Shown here: positions 48,400-62,538 of the stretch, piece by piece
Layout: every line of letters begins with the position of its first letter
How positions within the stretch are numbered: position 1 is the stretch's first letter
Source of the DNA: Octopus vulgaris
Lineage: Eukaryota
Direction of reading: 5' to 3'
Assembly: GCA_951406725.2 (NCBI GenBank)
Contig: OX597820.1
Location: forward strand, 72,354,001 to 72,418,000
Length of the DNA stretch: 64,000 bases
Notes under the pieces: generated by a model
The model's input: the letters and a program-made list of their open reading frames with translations, nothing else
Databases searched by the model: none
What the model was told of the DNA's origin: nothing
Translations under genes and position numbers: made by a program

Positions 48400-48972
48400 A
48401 TGCACCAATTTGAAATATGTTACTGTGTTAAAATATATTGATAGCATCAGACTGTACATTGAGATGATAGAAAGAACAGATCCTAAATGCTATAGATCTT
48501 TCTTACAATCAGACCTGGAAAGAATGCAGCAATGGATTGCTGACAGTCAACTCAAGCTGGCTGTAGACAAATGCATCACTATTACATTTTGGGAGGAAAC
48601 TCCAGAATTTAACTATTTCCTCTTCAATACTAATTGCTGGTGAATGTAATGTAGGCTTTATAGTAAAAAATTATCATCATTTAACAAGCCACATTTTAAA
48701 AGTCACCAAAAAATGCTGAAGATGTCACAGTAAAACCTTTGCCAGTTGCGCACCAGCTATCTCTTTTACTTGTTTCAGTCATTTGACTGTGGCCATGCTG
48801 GAGCACCGCCTTTAGTCGAGCAAATCGACCCCAGGACTTATTCTTTGTAAGCCTAGTACTTATTCTATCGGTCTCTTTTGCCAAACCACTAAGTTACAGG
48901 TACGTAAACACACCAGTATCAGTTGTCAAGCGATGTAGGGGGGACAAACAGACAGACAAACATATACACACC

Positions 48973-49022
<50 letters not shown>

Positions 49023-49700
49023 CATATATACGACGGTCTTCTTTCAGTTTCTGGCTACCAAACCTACTCACAAGGCTTTGGTCGGCCCAAGGCTATAGTA
49101 GAAGACACTTTCCCAAGGTGCCACGCAGTGGGACTGAACCTGGAACCATGTGGTTGGTAAGCAAGCTACTTACCACACAGTCACTGCTATGCCTATCTAT
49201 TTAAAGTTATATATATATATATATATATATGTATATGTAGAGGTATGGTATATCAACACTAACAGTTGTATCTTTAGTCTGGAAATCCTATCTTGTCCAG
49301 AATATCAATCTATTGGAAGCTGTTCAGAGACATGCAATCAGACGAGCACCTTCTATTAGTCACTTGCCATGTCTTAAATGTCTTGCTTCTCTTGGCACTG
49401 TCACACTAAAGTTTTGATGTCTAACAGCTGACAAGCCCACAAGATTATCCACCATCTTTCCAACAACTTTGGTCCCATTTTTGAATTCCTTTATTGCTAG
49501 CATTTGTGGGCATGTTTATGCAGCACCCAAGACTTTTGGAAATATCTTTTCATACTCGCAATTGTCAAAGCATGGAATAAATTACCTTGGCAGTTGTTAG
49601 CTGTCAGGACACCACATCCTTCAAGAATTATATAATTCCTGGAATTTGCCAACACTATTCCTGTCATGTAACAGCATGCTTCCTTCTTTATGGATCTTTT
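48400..49700 (+). mobile_element. Old CR1-clade LINE 3' remnant interrupted by SINE family 1
   Basis: LQSDLERMQQWIADSQLKLAVDKC, then IVKAWNKLP near 49570. The tail resembles that of 6047-6524. Confidence 0.6.
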
Positions 49701-50083
49701 ATTGTTCATTTTCCTGTCTTTTTGAGTTTCATTCGACGTATTGTGCAAGCATCTGTGACATTAATTGCAGTCTTTTTTTTTACTTGACTTATTGCTGATT
49801 TTTATCCATTCTTTTACTCTTTCCAGTGAATTGTAGAACACCTGAACACTGGATACAATGGCTCGTTATCATTAAAACTGATGTATGTAGCTGTGAGCTG
49901 GCAGAATCGTTAGGCATAGGAGTGGCTGTGTGGTAAGTAGCTTGCTTACAAACCACATGGTTCCGGGTTCAGTCCCACTGTGTGGCACCTTAGGCAAGTG
50001 TCTTCTACTATAGCCTCAGTCCGACCAAAGCCTTGTGAGTAGATTTGGTAGACGGAAACTGAAAGAAGCCCATCGTATATATG

Positions 50084-50170
<87 letters not shown>

Positions 50171-51109
50171 TTGTGTCTTTGCTTGTTCCCCCACCATCGC
50201 TTGACAACCGATGGTGGTGTGTTTATGTCCCAGTAACTTAGCAGTTCGACAAAAGAGACCGATAGAATTAAGTACTAGGCTTACAATGAATAAGTCCTGA
50301 GGTTGATTTGCTCGACAAAAAGGCGGTGCTCCAGCATGGCTGCAGTCAAATGACTGAAACAAGTAAAAGAGTATGCTGGATGAAATATTTAGCGATATTT
50401 CGCCCGTCGTTACGTTCTGAGTTCAAATTCCACCCAGGTCAACTTTGCATTTCATCCTTTCAGGGTCGATGAATTAAGTACCTGTTGAACACTGGGGTAA
50501 TTGACTCATTCTCCCCCCCCCCGCCAAAATTGCTGCCCTTGTGGCAAAATTTGAAACCATTATTAAAATTGATGTCAGTAGGATTTGAATGTATACTTAG
50601 TTCAAATCCTGCTGATGTCAGCTTTGCCTTTCATCCCTGTAGGGTCAATAGAATAAAGTACAAGTCAATTACTAGGGTTGATGTAATTGACTAAGCCCCC
50701 TCCAAAAACATTGCTGGCCTTGTGCCAAAATTCGAAACCATTATTATTAAGGTAGCAAGCTGGCAGAATCATTAACATGCTGGACAAAATGCTTAGCAGT
50801 ATTTCATCTACCTTTAGATTCTGAGTTCAAATTCTGTTGGGTTCAAGTTTGCCTTTTATCCTTTTGAGGTTAATAAAATAAGTACCAGAGAGTGTAGTGG
50901 GTGTTTTTTACGTGCTACCTGCACAGGAGCCAATCCAGTGGTACTGGCAACTGGATTGGCTCCTGTGCAAGTGGCACATAAAAAAACCCATTTGAGCATG
51001 GCTGTTGCCAGTTCCGCCTGACTGGCCCACGTGCCGGTGGCATGTAAAAGCACCCACTACACTCTCGGAGTGGTTGGCAATAGGAAGGTCATTCAGCTGT
51101 AGAATACAT

Positions 51110-51162
<53 letters not shown>

Positions 51163-51164
<2 letters not shown>

Positions 51165-51793
51165 GTTGAATATACCATATCCAAAATTCCTGGGATCAAA
51201 AGTGTTGTGGATTTTGAAGTATTTTTACAATTATATCTATAAAATTGAACAGCTTAAGGATGGAACCTAAGTCTAAACACTATATCCATTTATATTTCAT
51301 AATATAATATAACTTATACATATATATGCCCTGAAAGTAAGGTATCAGTTTCCACCTGTAATGTCATGTTTTGATTAAAAAGTTACAGTATACATATTTT
51401 ATTTTTGAATATACAGGTATTAGGTTTAATGTAAGTTATAAAAACAAAGCAATGATTACAGGAAAATAAAATTTTAAGAAGTCTGGAAAATGTTTGCATT
51501 TTATTCTTTAAATAATGTGCAAGTAATGTTGCTAGTCATGTTGCATTCATACTTGGAGGTGAAATTGAGGGAAAATAACATTTTGTGCTTATTGAGCAAA
51601 GCAAAACATGATGATGAAAGCAAAATAAAACATGATAATCATTGATTACAAACACAACAGCTGTATTAGGTGGAATCTTCCCAGCACTTAGGGAAATTTT
51701 CCATTTATGGTATGCTCTATCAGCACTCAAAAATATTTTTCCGATTTTGGAGGGTTTTAGATTTTGGAATTTTGGATAAAGGGTTTTCAATTG
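51163..51793. mobile_element. Tigger/pogo-type non-autonomous element
   Basis: TIRs cagttgaatataccatatccaaaattcc and ggaattttggataaagggttttcaattg-TA, with subterminal (gattttgg) repeats. Confidence 0.65.
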
Positions 51794-51857
51794 TATTAAT
51801 ACAGTGTTTGTTTTACCAATTTCACATTCCTTATACTATTCATATACATGTTTATGT

Positions 51858-52190
51858 GAAGGCACATGGCTCAGTGGTTAGAGCGTCAAGCTTATGATTG
51901 TGAGATTCTGAATTCAATTCCTGGACTGGGCTGCATGTGTTCTTCAGCAAGACATTTTATTTCACGTTGCTCCAGTTAACTCAGCTATAGAAATGAGTTG
52001 TGACATCACTGGTGCCAAGCTGTATCGGCCTTTGCCTTTCCCTTGGATAACATCAGTGGTGTGAAAAGGGGAGGCTGGTATGCATGGGCGACTGCTGGTC
52101 TTCCACAAACAACCTTGTTCAGACTTGTGCCTCAGAGGGTAACTTTCTAGGTGCAATGCCACTATGGTCATTCATGACCGAAGGAGGTCT
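51858..52190 (+). mobile_element. tRNA-derived SINE (additional family)
   Basis: A box tggctcagtggttagagcg, B box-like aattcaattcc and a CORE-like middle. The head resembles that at 3897. Confidence 0.6.
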
Positions 52191-52976
52191 CCTTATGTGA
52201 AAGAACGTGGGTTAGAGTTGGACTCACAAAGAAGACGTAAGTTTGACTTCTGGACTGTGGTACATTATGTTTTTGAGCAAGGTACTTCATTTTTATGTTG
52301 CTCTGTTCTACTAAGCTGAAATGAGCATCAGCAAAATGTGGATGCTCTCTCTCTTCCCAGTTTTTACATCCTGGATTTTTCCCAGGATGAAAGGTAAAGA
52401 TTAAAGCACTGAAAAAGCATCTATGTCCATTTGCAACTACTTAGGCCTCTAAAACAATAATGGAATGCCTGGTACATACAGCCAAACCATCCTCAGTTCC
52501 AAATGACTGCCAAAGTATAATACTGACAGCACAAGGCCAGCAATTTCAGGGAAGGGGTAAATCAATTATATTGATCCCTGTGTTTGATTGGTACTTATTT
52601 TATAGACTCTGAAAGGTTGAAAGGCAAAGCTGAGCTGAGCAGGATTTGAACTCAGATTGTAAAGATGGATGAGATGTTTCTAAGCATTTAGCCCACCATG
52701 CTAACAGTTCTGTCAGCTTGCTCCCTCGACATGCTCAGAATACTGGGTTCAAATTTTGGCACAGGACCAGCAATTTTCGGGGTTGAGGTACGTTGATTTA
52801 CATCGATCTCTGCTCAAATGAAGCTCATTTTATTGACTCCGAAAGGATGAAAGGCAAAGTCAACCTTGACAGAATTTGAACTCAGACTGAAAATAAGTGA
52901 AATTCCATTTATTGTTTTGCCTGGCATGCTAATGATGATTTTGCCAGCTCACTGCCATACTTTAATAGGGAGCCCA

Positions 52977-53598
52977 AAATCTTTACCTTTTGACCGACAG
53001 ATTTAAAAATTATTTTTTGTAACTAAATACTTTCAAACTTTGGACACTGGTAGAATGTGTCATTTAAAACATCTTTTATTCTTAGCATTTTTGAGAAAAG
53101 CTTATATTTACAAAGTTATTTCACGTTGAAGTAGTTGTATTTCGGTAATTTCAACCAATCAAGATGTGTATTCAGCTGAATAAAATTACTGCTGTTGTTT
53201 GTCAACAAGAACTTCCGGCAGTGTATATTTCGTTTGTCACTGTTATTTGTGACAATCTTAACCTTAACCCTAACATCCTAACCCTAAAACTTTAAAACCA
53301 GTTCAAATGCACGAATGATGTAATAAATAACAGTGAGAAACGAAAATTACACCGTTGATAGTTGTTGTTGACAAACAACGGCAGTAATTTTATTCAGCTG
53401 AATACACATCATTGATTGGTTGAAATTACCGAAATAGGACAACTTTAATGTGAAATAACTTCATAAATATAAGTTTTTCTCAAAAATGCTAAGAGTGAAA
53501 GATGTTTTATATGACACATTCTACCAGTGTCCAAAGTTTGAAAGTGTTTAGTTACAAAAAATTATTTTTAAAATCTGTCGGTCAAAAGGTAAAGATCC
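52977..53598. mobile_element. Long-TIR MITE (Merlin/MULE-like) with a telomere-like core
   Basis: ~275-bp inverted arms, right end ...aaggtaaagatCC, and a flanking direct repeat gggagccc at 52968 and 53599 (8-9 bp TSD). The centre is cttaaccttaaccctaacatcctaaccctaa. Confidence 0.8.
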
Positions 53599-53611
53599 GG
53601 GAGCCCTTTAA

Positions 53612-53646
<35 letters not shown>

Positions 53647-55700
53647 GACATACACACTGGATTTCATAGTTTCCACCTACCGAATTCACTCACAAGGTGC
53701 CATGCAGTAGGATAGAACTCCCAAACTGCACTGTTGCAATGCAAGCTGCTTAACCACACAGCCATTCCTGCACTTAGAGGATTCAAAGAAAAAAAATTTT
53801 GTCTCTTTTACATTTTATGTTTCATTCCTTGGTCTGTGGCCATGCTGGAACACATCTTGAAGGATTTAGTCAAAGAAAGTGATCCTACTACAGGCTTTTT
53901 AAAAGTCTGGTTCTTGTTTAGTTTGTCTCCTTTGCTAAGTTCTGAGGATATAAACAAACCAATACAGTTGTCAAGTGGTAGTAAAAGACATACACAAACA
54001 CAATGGACACAGATAGATAGACAGATACACACATACATACACACAAACACAATAACAAACACACACACACATACTGACACACAATAACACAGACAGACAA
54101 ACAGACACACATAAGCACAATGATACACACACAATAACAGACAGACACACACACACATATGCACACACACACATACGCACACACACACACACAATAACAT
54201 AGACATACACCCACACACATATGTGCACACACATACACGCTGGACTTCTTCATAGTTTCCATCTACCAAATTCACTCACAAGGTGCCATCCAGTAGGACT
54301 GAACCCCAAAACCACATGGTTGCAATGCAAGCTTCTTAACCATACAGCCATTCCTGCACCTATATAGTTTGCCAAAATTTCCTTTAATTTAGTCTTCTTG
54401 TACATTTTTTATAGCTTTCAAAATATTGAAATGTGTGAAGTTATCAGTAAAGTTTTGAGTATCTGTAAATCTCCCCCATTACTGTGAAGCGTGTTGAAAG
54501 GTTGATAGCCTCTCAGAAGCTGGTTAAAATGGAAACCTTTAAAGAGAAATCAGAGAATGAAGGATTTCAATGTCTTGTTGGTCAGAATGACATCATTAAT
54601 TCTTAAGAGCCAATAATCTGCCTCTGTTTGACAAGATGACAACAGGTAGAGCCATTAAAATACAATTCAATTTAGACACAATGTATTAACAAATATGATT
54701 ACTGTTTATTGAGCAGAATGACTATTATCAAAAAGTCTAATAAAATCTGGAGACAAACAGAGGCTCAGACGTCTCTCTTATGTCATAGGATTACTATGTC
54801 TTAGCTATTTAACCTTGTCTTCTTTAAAATTATTTACCTTCTTACATAGCCTATTATATAGGCTGTCTTCAAAGCAGGTAATCCTGTTGAATCTCTCTTA
54901 TCTTACAACTAAATTAACGGAAACTATAATTGATTTTTTTGAGTCAAGTAATGAATACAGGCATTGTTACATAATTAAGAAGTCTGTTTTGCAAACGAGT
55001 GGTTCTCGGCTTGATTTCATTGTGTGACACCTGGGCAAGTGTCTTCTTCCATAGTGTTAGGATGGCTTGAATACCTTTTGACTAGAATATGCTAATTGGT
55101 TGGAAACTATGCAGAAGCAAGTACACTATGTGAGACATCGTCGTTGTCATCATCATCATTTAACATCCATTCTCCATGCTGGCATGGGTTGGATGGTTTG
55201 ACTGGAACTGGTATAAGCCAGAGAGCTATACCAGGTTCCACTCTGATTTGGCTAGGTTTCTATTGATGAATGCCCTTCATAATGCCAACCACTCCAAGAG
55301 GGTAGTGAGTGCCTTTTACATGTCACTGGCATAGGTGCCTTTTACGTGTAATATCATATGTGATATCCCTAATGAAACAATTGTAGCATTGCCAGATAAC
55401 CCATTCATCTGTTTATATTTTACACACACAAACACCGCCTTTAGTCGAGCAAATCGACCTCAGGACTTATTCTTTGGAAGCTGAGTACTTATTCTATCAG
55501 TCTCTTTTACCGAACTGCTAAGTTACGGCCCAAAGCTATAGCAGAAGATACTTGCCCAAGGTGCTATGCAGTGGCACTTAACCCGGAACCATGTGGTTGG
55601 TAAGCAAGCTACTTACCACACAGCCATTCCTGTGACTGTATATATATGTATCTATGTATGTATGTGTGTTTGTGTGTCTGTGTGTGTATACACATATATG

Positions 55701-56820
55701 CAGGGTGTCCGAAATTAAGGCAACTGAAGTTTCGGGCTTTAATAACTATCAATGAATGTGATAAGATATGAAAATCATACATCATTCATTATAAACACTT
55801 AGTCTGTCTTCTTTAGAATAATTAAATTCTGATTTGCAAATTAGATAATGACTCTACACTGAAATATAATCACAATCCTGCACAAAAGAGGTGAATGTAA
55901 CACAGTTATGGTAAAAATGCTTAAAATTAACTGAACAACAGTTTGGAAAATTGTCAAGAAATTTCAAGAGACTGATTCCACCACTGATCGACCTGGATAT
56001 GGCCAAAAAAGAAGCATGTGGACCCTTCAGCTTATCAAAAATATCAAAGAAAAGATATGGCTAAATCCTCATTGTTCTGTCAGAGAACTGGCTGCTACAG
56101 CAAAAATAAGCTGAACATTGATGTATCAAGTGCTGAAGGAGGTTCTCAGGACTCACTCCTACAAGATGATCTGTCATGAACTCATGTAAGTTTATAAGGC
56201 CATGGAAGTGGAGAGAAGTTGTCTTATCCTGCGTCAGATCGCTAAAGGCATGCTGCCCAACTTGGTGTTCAGTGTTGAAAAGAACTTTGACATTGAAAAG
56301 ACAGTAAACCACTAAACACACAATATCACAGACAGACACACACAAACACAGATATACACACACACACACAATAACACAGACAGACTTTGGCATGAATATG
56401 GCTCTGTCAAGGGTAGACTCGTAAATCAGCATCAAAACCCACACTTAGTGGTTGTGACAGACACTGGAAGGTCTCACCTCGTTTTTGTACCCTTGGGTAT
56501 TAAAATTAACATCCAGCAATACAGTAGTGTCATTCTGGAAACTGAACTGCCTCTATGGGTGAATAAGCACTTTCAATGTGTCCCTTGAAGCCTCCAACAG
56601 GACTCAGCACCATCCCACATCTCCAAACAGACACAACACTGGATTCAGAAAAAACATTCCATTGTTCATAGGCAAGGATATGTAGCCCTCAAGACACCTT
56701 GATCTCAACCTGTTGGATTTTTTGGTCTACTTTGGAGATGATAGTCTCAAGCATCCTCAATGCTTTGAAGGCAAAACTGCACTAGGAATGGGCTTCAATT
56801 CTACAAGAACAGTTGCATGC
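55701..56820 (+). mobile_element. Second maT/DD37D-like transposon copy, degraded
   Basis: Starts cagggtgtccgaaatt, has an HTH-like region, FSVEKNFDIE and QQDSAPSH. Homologous to 5555-6890. Confidence 0.7.
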
Positions 56821-58127
56821 TATGTATTATTTACATTTGACGGATATTTGTCCTCCTCTTGTTTGTTGTTAACATTTCAGCTGATATACACTCCAACCTT
56901 CTTCAGGTGTGTTGGAGAAATTTTGAACCTGGGTTCTCATTCCTAAATTATTTTTCGATGTTATTATAATTATTATTATTATTATTGTTTAGGTCACTGC
57001 TTGGAATCAAACTTGGAATCAAACTTGGAATCTTGGGGTTAGTAGCCCGTGCTCTTAACCACTACGTCATATGCCCATGGGCTTAATGTCAGTGGTTGGC
57101 ATTGGGAAGGACATCCAGCCATAGAAACCATGCTAAAGCAGACAATTGGAGTCTGGTGCAGCCCTCCAGCCTTGCCAGCTCCTGACAAAAATGTACATAA
57201 AGGCTACTGTGTGGTAAGCTACTTACCACACAGGAGTGGCTGTTTGGTGTCAAAGAATCTACCATTTGTTCCATTTACAATATCCATGGAAATGGTTAAT
57301 TTATTGCTATTTCATTTATCAGTTTATTTTTCCTTTCTTCCTTTTTGTTATTTTTACCAAGCCTCTATGATAAACGAGGCTAGACATATATGTTTTATAC
57401 ATTCTGAGTTCAATCCTGCAAAGACTAAATTTGCTTTGTCACTCTTCTTAGGTCTATAAAAAATGCAGCCATTCAAGAGCTGAGGTCAATTTATATTTCT
57501 ATAAAGTGTTCTCGGTATGACTGGATTTTTAATAGAAGGCTGCAATTAGTAAAATAAAATGACTTCAATTAGAAATTTGCTTGCTGAGAGCTGCTAACCT
57601 TTTAAACTACATCGTTTATAATCATCGAAACTATTATTAACTTTCAAATTTGATTTATTTTTGTACTAATTTCACCGAATATATTGCCTTTCTGAAATAA
57701 ATTCACCTGGTGATCCCTCACATGATTAGAAAATGCTGGGTGTCACAGCACAGGAAAGTTTATTGAGAAAAGTGGTTGTAGTTGGAAAATATTATTTCAT
57801 TTTACAACCTGTAATAAACTCCTCAACTAAAATATGGAATCTTTGTCAGCAAGAAGAGATATGAAGATTGTTTTTGGAGAAACATGCCAATTAATCACTT
57901 GAAAATGTCAGTCGGCCACCTCATATACAAGTCAACATAGCCATTAGTAGTCTAGCTGCTGCTGGCTTCTCTAGTTGGAGGTCTCTGACTACAGCTAGAG
58001 CTGCTACAGTTTCTAAACAGCTATTGTTGTTGTTGTGGTTGTTGATGAGGGGGGGCACAAATCTTAATATTTCTTCAGAGAAAATCTCACTGGAGTCATT
58101 GTTGTAACACTCAAATTCTCTTGCCTT

Positions 58128-58140
58128 CTCTCTCTCTCAG

Positions 58141-58183
<43 letters not shown>

Positions 58184-58510
58184 TTATCTGTCTATCTATC
58201 TGTCTATCTGTCTGTCTGTGTGTCTGTCCATCCATCTGTCCGCCCATCCATCTATCTATCCAGTCATCTGCTTCTACTCCATCAGTCCATCTGTCCCTCC
58301 ATCTATCTGTCCATTCATCCATCCATCCTTCCACCCATCTGTTCATCCATTTGTCAATCTCTCTCTCTCTGTATCACACTCTTTCTCTCTCTCTCTCTCT
58401 CTCCCCATCCATCCACCCCTCTATCTATCTATCTTGCCACTTGTCTGTCCATCTATCTGTTCCTCCATTCCTCCACCTATTCTTTCATCCATCCATCCAT
58501 CCATTTTATT
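58128..58510. repeat. Compound (TCTA)/(TCCA)/(CT) microsatellite
   Basis: Direct inspection. Confidence 0.9.
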
Positions 58511-59984
58511 TCTGCTTCCACCTTTCTCTCTCCCTTTTTCTTTTCTTTTTCCATTCTCTTTTCTAAAAAAAAAAACAAAAACAAAAAAAAAACATACATC
58601 ATAAATGATTGAATACAAGAATTTCTTTTACATCAAATATTTCAGAAAAGACATCCTTTTAGATTTTTTTCTATTTTCAGGCAAAGCAAGTGAAAAGAAA
58701 AGTAATGTATTTCAATAGTCGAACAACTTTCAGAACAAGGAAAGAAATCTGGCAGCACAAAGAACAGCTACTTTTACCAAAAAGAAACAGCATCATGGCT
58801 AATCTATTACTCTATTACTAAAAGACTGGAAACAATCATATTCTAGACAAAAAGACCCTCAATTTCTATATTAAGTACTCTTATAAGTACTTAATATAGA
58901 AAATTCTATTGAAAGGATATACACCACCATGTTTCACCCTCACAAAAGTGAAACATGGGAGGAACAGAATGTGGAATCCTTTTTCTGTGACAGAGGAACA
59001 GTAGGAAAATCATGAGTCACATAATGGTCTGCCCGCTGTTTCGTTTCTGTTTTTGTTGGTCTTATTTAGATAATTTGAAGAATGAAAGGCAGTGAGCTGG
59101 CAGAATCGTTAGCAAGCTGAATGAAATGCTTAGCAGTATTTTGCCCGTCAATATACACTCTGAGTTCAAATTTTACTGAGGTCGATTTTGCCTTTCATCC
59201 TTTCGGAGTCAATAAATTAAGTACCAGTGAAACACTGGTGTCGATGTAATCGACTCGTACCCTCCCCCAAATTTCAGGCCTTGTGCCTAGAGTAGAAAGG
59301 ATTGTTTGAAGAATGACATAAAGATTGCACATGGTTGCATGAAAAAGTGGAAAGCTTTGATACTCTCTTTTACTTGTTTCAGTCATTTGACTGTGGCCAT
59401 GCTGGAGTACCACCTTTAGTTGAACAAATCGACCCCAGGACTTATTCTTTGTAAGCCTTGTTCTTATCCTGTCAGTCTCTTTTGTCGAACTGCTAAGTTA
59501 CAGGGATGTTAACAAGCTACCATCGGTTGTCAAGTGATGGTGGGGAAACAAACAGATACACAAATACATACATACATATATACAACGGGATTCTTTCAGT
59601 TTCTGTCTACCAAATCCACTCACAAGGCTTTGGTCGGTCTGAGACTGAATCTGGAACCATGTGGTTGCGAAGCAAGCTTCTTACCACACAGCCACTTCTG
59701 TGCCAGATACAAAACAATGATAATATTGGTCTCAAATTTTAGCATGAGGCCAGCAAGTTTCAGTCGGAGGGAAGGGAGAAGATGATTACATTGACCCCGG
59801 TGTTTCATTGGCACATATTTTATTGACCCTGAAAGGATGGAAAGCAAAGTCGACCCTGGTGTCATTTGAACTCAGAATGTAAAGATGGATGCAATGCCAC
59901 TAAACATACACAGCCAGAAGTTTGGTGAGAAGAGCTGAGTTGATTAATTGATATTGTCGGTGTTTTATTTTATTGATCCCAGAA

Positions 59985-60395
59985 GGTAAAGTGGCCAGGT
60001 TCCTTTCTAGTATTGGGCCTTATGAAGGCAAAGTGGCTGAGTTCCTTTTGAGCATCGGGCTTCATGGAGGCAAAGTGGCTGAGTTCCTTTTGAGCATTGA
60101 GCTTCATGGAGGCAAAGTGGCTGAGTTCCTTTTGGGAGTTGGGCCTCACAGAGGCAAAGTGGCTGAGTTCCTTTTGAGCATCGGGCTTCATGGAGGCAAA
60201 GTGGCTGAGTTCCTTTCGAGTATTGGGCCTGACGAAGGCAAAGTAGCTGAGTTCCTCTTGAATGTTGAACCTCACGAAGGCAAAGTGGCTGAGTTCCTTT
60301 CGTGCATTAGACCTCACAGAGACAAAGTGGATGAATTCCTTTCGAGCATTGGACCTCACAGAGGCAAAATGGCTGAGTTCCTTTTGAGCATTGGG
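59985..60395. repeat. 42-bp minisatellite, about 10 units
   Basis: Unit ggaggcaaagtggctgagttccttttgagcatcgggcttcat, which gives 14-aa periodic ORFs on both strands. Confidence 0.92.
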
Positions 60396-61030
60396 TCTTA
60401 CTAACGGCCACAACTCCACTTCCCTTCACACACACACATCTGCCCTCTGGTAAAACTCACAATCCATCTTCCCCACCACCACCGCAGGACCTTCCAGTCC
60501 ATCTCACCATCACCTGGTATTTCTAAATATTTCCACTCACACTCTTATGGAATATCTCCTCTACCCCCTCTGTACTATTTATACTCACCCCCCACTGTTC
60601 CCTATGAGTAGGCCTTCTCTCCCTTACTCTGACTGTCTCTATTATTCTCTCTCCCCTTCCTTGTCCTATTGGGGTTAGCCAAGTATCTCCTCTGTAGGAA
60701 GCTAGCTATTTCTGTCCCTCTATCATACTCCAAACTCTTGCCTGGCACACAACCACCACTCTGGGTTCCTCTCCCTCTCTCAGTTGAGATGTCCTTGTTT
60801 TGCTGGTTACTTGGCAATCCTTCAAGCGTGAGTGCTACATAACAAGCACCCATGCTGGCACCATGTAAAAAGCACCCAGTACACTCTGTAAAGTTATTGG
60901 CATTAGGAAGGTCATCCAGTTATAGAAACCATGCCAAAACAGATGACTAGAGCCTGGTGCAGCTTGCCAGCTCCTGTCAAATGTCTCACTCACACCAGCA
61001 TGGAAAATGGAAGTTCAATGATGATGATGA
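60395..61030 (+). mobile_element. RTE-type 3' UTR following the minisatellite
   Basis: Pyrimidine-rich segment, then aaaagcaccc..ggcattaggaaggtcatccag..catggaaaatgg-(gat)n. Confidence 0.6.
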
Positions 61031-61090
61031 TACATATAAATATACATGTACATATCTATGTGTGTGTGTGTCTCTCTCTCTCTCTCTCTC

Positions 61091-61133
<43 letters not shown>

Positions 61134-61421
61134 GGGTTTGTATGATTGTGTATAGAGGGATATATATTATTCAAAGGAATTCCATCTCTGTCTGTTTTTT
61201 ATGTTTTATTTATATTCTTTATAATATTAATGTAGGATATAGAATATATAGTATAAATAATACATATATAGTAAAATGAAATGAAGTATTGATTGTCTTA
61301 TTGAATAGATGAAATATTGAATATCAAATATTAAGGGACTAGTATACTTTCTTGCATTAAAGCAGTCTTCAAGGTCCGAGGTTGTGACAGGAGTGTTTCA
61401 ACTGTTTCAACTTTATATATA

Positions 61422-62292
61422 TCATCATCATCATCATCATCATCATCATCGTTTAAACGTCCGTTTTCCGCGCTAGCACGGGTTGGACGGTTCGACCGGG
61501 GTCTGGGAAGCCAGGGGCCGCTCCAGGCTCCAGTCTGATTCTGGCAGAGTTTCTACGGCTGGATGCCCTTCCTAACGCCAACCACTCCGTGAGTGGATTG
61601 GGTGCTTTTACGTGCCACCTGCACAGGGGCCGGGGGTCCGGCATCGGTCACGATCGGTTCGAGCTTTTAACGTGCCAGGGACACGGGGGCAACGGGATGC
61701 GGGGTAGAGTTGAGTTGGGGGGGGGGTCCAGCTGAGAAAGGTTTCACCAGTGAAAAGAGAGGGAGAGATAGTAAAGGGGTGCGGGTAATATAGGGGAGCA
61801 CCAGTGGGGAAGGTTGGGGTAAGGAGGAACGATGGCAGGAAGGGTTGGTGAAGGTTCGTAAGAAATATAAACGTAGGATGTGTATATATATATATGGGTA
61901 GGTGTGGGGGAGGTTGGGGGGTAAGGAGGAACGATGGCAGGAAGGGTTGGTGCAGGTTTGTAAGAAATAAAAACGTAGGATATTACGAGGCATGGAGGGG
62001 ACTGGAAGGAGATAGTAGGATTGAGGCAGTGTCAGATTCAAAACAGGAGGAAGCGTAAGATCAGAGGGCGGTTGATGAGCTGAGACGCTAGCAGCTTGTC
62101 TTTTCTCAGTGAAAGCATATGAGGAGAAGGGGTGGTGGGGGAGGAGGAGGGAGTATCCGGTGTAGATGGTGAGAACAGTGTTCACCGGTATTGGTGGTGG
62201 GGGTGGTATTGGTGGTGGTATTGGTGGTGGGGGTGGTATTGGTGGTGGGGGTGGTATTGGTGGTGGGGGTGGGAGGGCGGGCGCACCGCGCA
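61422..62292 (-). mobile_element. RTE-tailed element, young, with an 18-bp G-rich tandem repeat
   Basis: Reverse homologue of 11535-12296, with (ggtggtgggggtggtatt)n at 62190-62270. Confidence 0.75.
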
Positions 62293-62504
62293 ATGGGAGA
62301 AGATGAGATTTTTAGGCGGCAGAAAGAAAGACAGGATTTGAAATGGACTGCTTTGCGATCGTGTGCATAAGTTTCTATGAGTGGAAGTTGGGAAAAGATG
62401 GGTTAGAGAATTAAGCGACAGAAAGAAAGACCAAATTTGAGACGAGATGTTTTTGCGAAGTTTTTGTGAATGAAAGTTTATATGCTTCAGCTAGCATTTG
62501 AGAC

Positions 62505-62538
<34 letters not shown>

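Noticed and set aside
59985-60395. Regular repeats resembling a CRISPR array or a repeat-protein gene (143/149-aa ORFs)
   Set aside because: The units are contiguous 42-mers with no unique spacers, there are no cas genes and the context is eukaryotic. The ORFs arise because the unit length is a multiple of three.
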